A DNA stretch of 64,000 nt from Takakia lepidozioides (Eukaryota; Plantae; Bryophyta), in assembly GCA_030704615.1 (NCBI GenBank), contig CM060732.1, positions 68,696,001 through 68,760,000 of the forward strand. Direction: 5' to 3'. Each line of letters starts with the position of its first letter. Within the stretch, counting starts at the first letter, position 1. Below the pieces are notes generated by a model that was given only the letters and a program-made list of their open reading frames with translations, did not search any database and was not told the DNA's origin. The position numbers were made by a program, and so were the translations under genes. This document shows positions 61,301 to 64,000 of the stretch, one piece after another.

Positions 61301-63667
61301 CTAAGTCCCTGCATGAGTAGGGAGCACCTCATAGAGGTAAGCTGCCAAGCATTTCTGGTCTTCCATCCAGATGCCTCGGCTAGGGCTGAGCCGGAAAATA
61401 CAAATGATGTAGTACATTGCTTGTTGTCTTTCCTTCTCTTTTTCTCCTTTTCACCATACACAAAGTGAGGCCCAGAGGGTGCAAAAGGACAGAAGTAGAG
61501 ATAATTTATTTATAGCTGTGGCCTCTGGCTTGTACTGATAAAGAGGATGGATAGAGGAGACCAGGAGGAACTGGAAGGGTGAAACTATAGTCATAAATTG
61601 ATACAGTATGGCTCATACAGTGGGAGCAACCTGTGAAATTGATGGCAGTATATGTGGGTGGCAGACGTGGAAGGCTCTTTGATTATCTTGCTGCCACAAT
61701 CATCTTCGAAATGTGCACTGAGGAGCCCACAGCTACTGTATGTGTTTGCTTCAGTTGGAGGGAATGATGAGAAACAGTTCCCAGAGTAGTTAGTTGATGT
61801 CAACTCGCAAAATGTAAGTGTTGGTAATGATTGGAGATGTTTGGGAAAATATGAAAAGAGGCTCCATGCTGAAGCAAGTGCGATATATGGTGTCTCTTCA
61901 CCCTGTAGGCCTACTGCCTCCCATTTGGGAGGAAACACCTTCTAATGACTTGTAATCTGGGCAACTAGGTTGCCCAACCCCTGGAGTCAACGGTGCCCAA
62001 GTACCCGCAACATTGGATGATGGGTCTACCCACTGACCCCCTTTTAAATAGAAGGGAAAAAATGCCAGTGTAAGCAGCCATTGTTGTATTTCTGGGTGGG
62101 ATACTTTATCTAAAGTGTTGCAAACCTGACAGCGGTTTTACAAAGGTAGATTGAGGTCATCAGTTTTCAGTTCATTTCTTGAATTTGAATATGTGGATGC
62201 CAGTTTTCTTGTCGGTATGAGCCTCATATCAACTTCCCATTAAAATTATGCCCAGTCCTGCTGGAAGAGGTGGATTGGAAATTTTAGTTGTTGAACTATG
62301 GAAAATCTGGGACGCAAAACAAGTTGATTCCAATCAGAAACATATCAAGTAATACTGAGCTGTAGGTGGGATGCTTGAGAAATTGTGCCATTGTCAACAT
62401 GTTTGCTTTAGCCAACAGGTCTGTCAAGTCACTGGGCAGGAGCGCCGGAAGTTTCCACCCAACCCACTCAACACCGTTGAGTTTCAAAAACGAGCTTCTC
62501 GTTATTTTCGCATGGGTTCGGAGCAAACCATGAAGGTAGGACGGTCGTCACTAAGTTTTCTCCTCAAGTACCATTGACTATGCCTGACCAGTGGGTTCCA
62601 CTCAGTGTCCCATGTGGTACACGGCACAGATACCTGCACTGCGATGTGTTGGTCATGATTCTGAGAGCAATTACCGATCATGCACCCCACATGGAACCAG
62701 TTAGAGCTATTGGAAACAGAAGGCTGCTCTCTTCGGTCGTGGATATGACAACTTTAGTCAGAAAAAGAAGTAACCAATGTGTTTCTGGCTGCAGTATGTA
62801 CAAAGCTTTGTGGTATAGCTTTACTTCGAGCACACTCTGGGACTCGAAATTTGATAAAGACAGCTGCATAAATGTGTTCAGGTAGCAGAGGAGCTGTATC
62901 AAGCAGGATTCATTAGCTATCCACGGACAGAAACGGACAGATTCTCAGAAAATCAGGATCTTCAGGTGCTAATTCTTTTTGCAGCCGTCTATTGTTTCAA
63001 CGTGGTGTTGAATGGTGAATAGTGTCTCTGTGTACTCTATCCATACTGGGTGTGGACCTATGTGTGCTGGACAACATCACCTCTTCATGTTATGGAGTCC
63101 ATTGCACTGCAGACCTGGGGCGGAGTTCAAATTTTGTGTTGCAATTCTTGTTGGATGTGTGAGGCAGACCCAAGTAAGGGAACAAACCAGGCACCCCATG
63201 TGGGGTCAATATGCGCAGCGACTTCTGGATCCCCAGCAAAATTTATGGCGACAGCCTGGCAATGGTGGCCACGATGACAAAGCACATCCTCCGATTCACC
63301 CCACTCGCTTTTCTGAGGGGGAAGCTAATTGGACCAATGACCATACAGTAATTGCCCTGGGACCTATCCTACTGTTTGTACAATTGGGCTCTCATCACGA
63401 AATGATGGGCAGCTTTTTCTTTGGCCCATATAGAGAGTACATCTTTTCAAAGATCAGATACGCAGTATGTGGACCTAATACTTTGTGAGCTGATCAGTTA
63501 TTGGTGAATTTTCCATTTTTCCATTGTTTTCTGTCCAGAGGATATACGAGCTGGTGGTACGTCATTTTCTGGCCTGTGTCTCCCAGCCTGCAATTGGCTA
63601 TGGAACAACTGCCACAGTTGACATTGCCGGAGAGAAGTTCACAGCTTCTGGCCTCATGATTACTGCG
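58365..63667 (+). CDS. TOP3A: DNA topoisomerase III alpha, first 10 exons; gene runs off the window
   Basis: Exons 58365-58649, 59264-59442, 59675-59747, 60383-60505, 60967-61088, 61665-61737, 62419-62535, 62882-62965, 63168-63347 and 63539-63667 splice in frame with GT-AG. Motifs [39 protein letters not shown] (catalytic Tyr) and AHPPIHP. Confidence 0.95.
59760..59890. repeat. ~63-bp direct tandem duplication in TOP3A intron 3
   Basis: tcgagatacaaactatttga..atactatcatctgtaggaatccttaggact occurs twice. Confidence 0.9.
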
Positions 63668-64000
63668 GTATGAATGTGATGCTTAAAAGTTGAATGTCGA
63701 GATCATGAGTCCTCAGATTCATGTTTGTTTCCAGCCTTCACTTCAAAAATTGCCATTCATTATGGGTATACTAGAGAGAAGCATTTGCAACTACGAGCCG
63801 TAAGGTGAAGTTGCTCTTAGTTACGCCAACCTTGGCCAGCGTCTTCTCTCTCTTCTTATTACAAGTACTGGAACTGTAAGGGCCTATGGGGTGGAGGTTT
63901 AGACAGGAAGGGAAGAAACGAATTTCATCTTGTCCTTGGAGAACACGGAACCACAAGAATGCAATTATTGTCCATGGGAGAGGTTGCTGTTTTGCAGCGG

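Overview
Eukaryotic nuclear DNA from a land plant, most likely a non-seed plant (inferred from the PLS-DYW PPR style and a Tcn1-like chromovirus). Intact genes: an F-box gene (2717-3979), a DUF1118/RIQ-like thylakoid gene (7236-7871), a complete PLS-E-DYW PPR editing factor (53912-56458, minus) and the first 10 exons of topoisomerase III alpha (58365 onward). The rest is a repeat-rich, repeatedly inverted mosaic: a duplicated [F-box -> <- PPR] cassette, pseudogenes, two Ty3/gypsy families, LINEs, tRNA-derived SINEs and a CACTA remnant. Main finding: a third copy of the F-box 5' region has lost its ATG and now leads into a 58-bp near-perfect hairpin made from inverted F-box coding sequence (41146-41302). 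This looks like a nascent MIRNA/hairpin-RNA locus able to target its parent family. Other findings: an intron-containing, fungal-like Uma2/REase-fold pseudogene (possible HGT); a SET-domain ORF beside CACTA sequence; a Tf1-style self-priming PBS; and four inferred inversions, two with exact microhomology. All calls were made by eye; no database searches were run.
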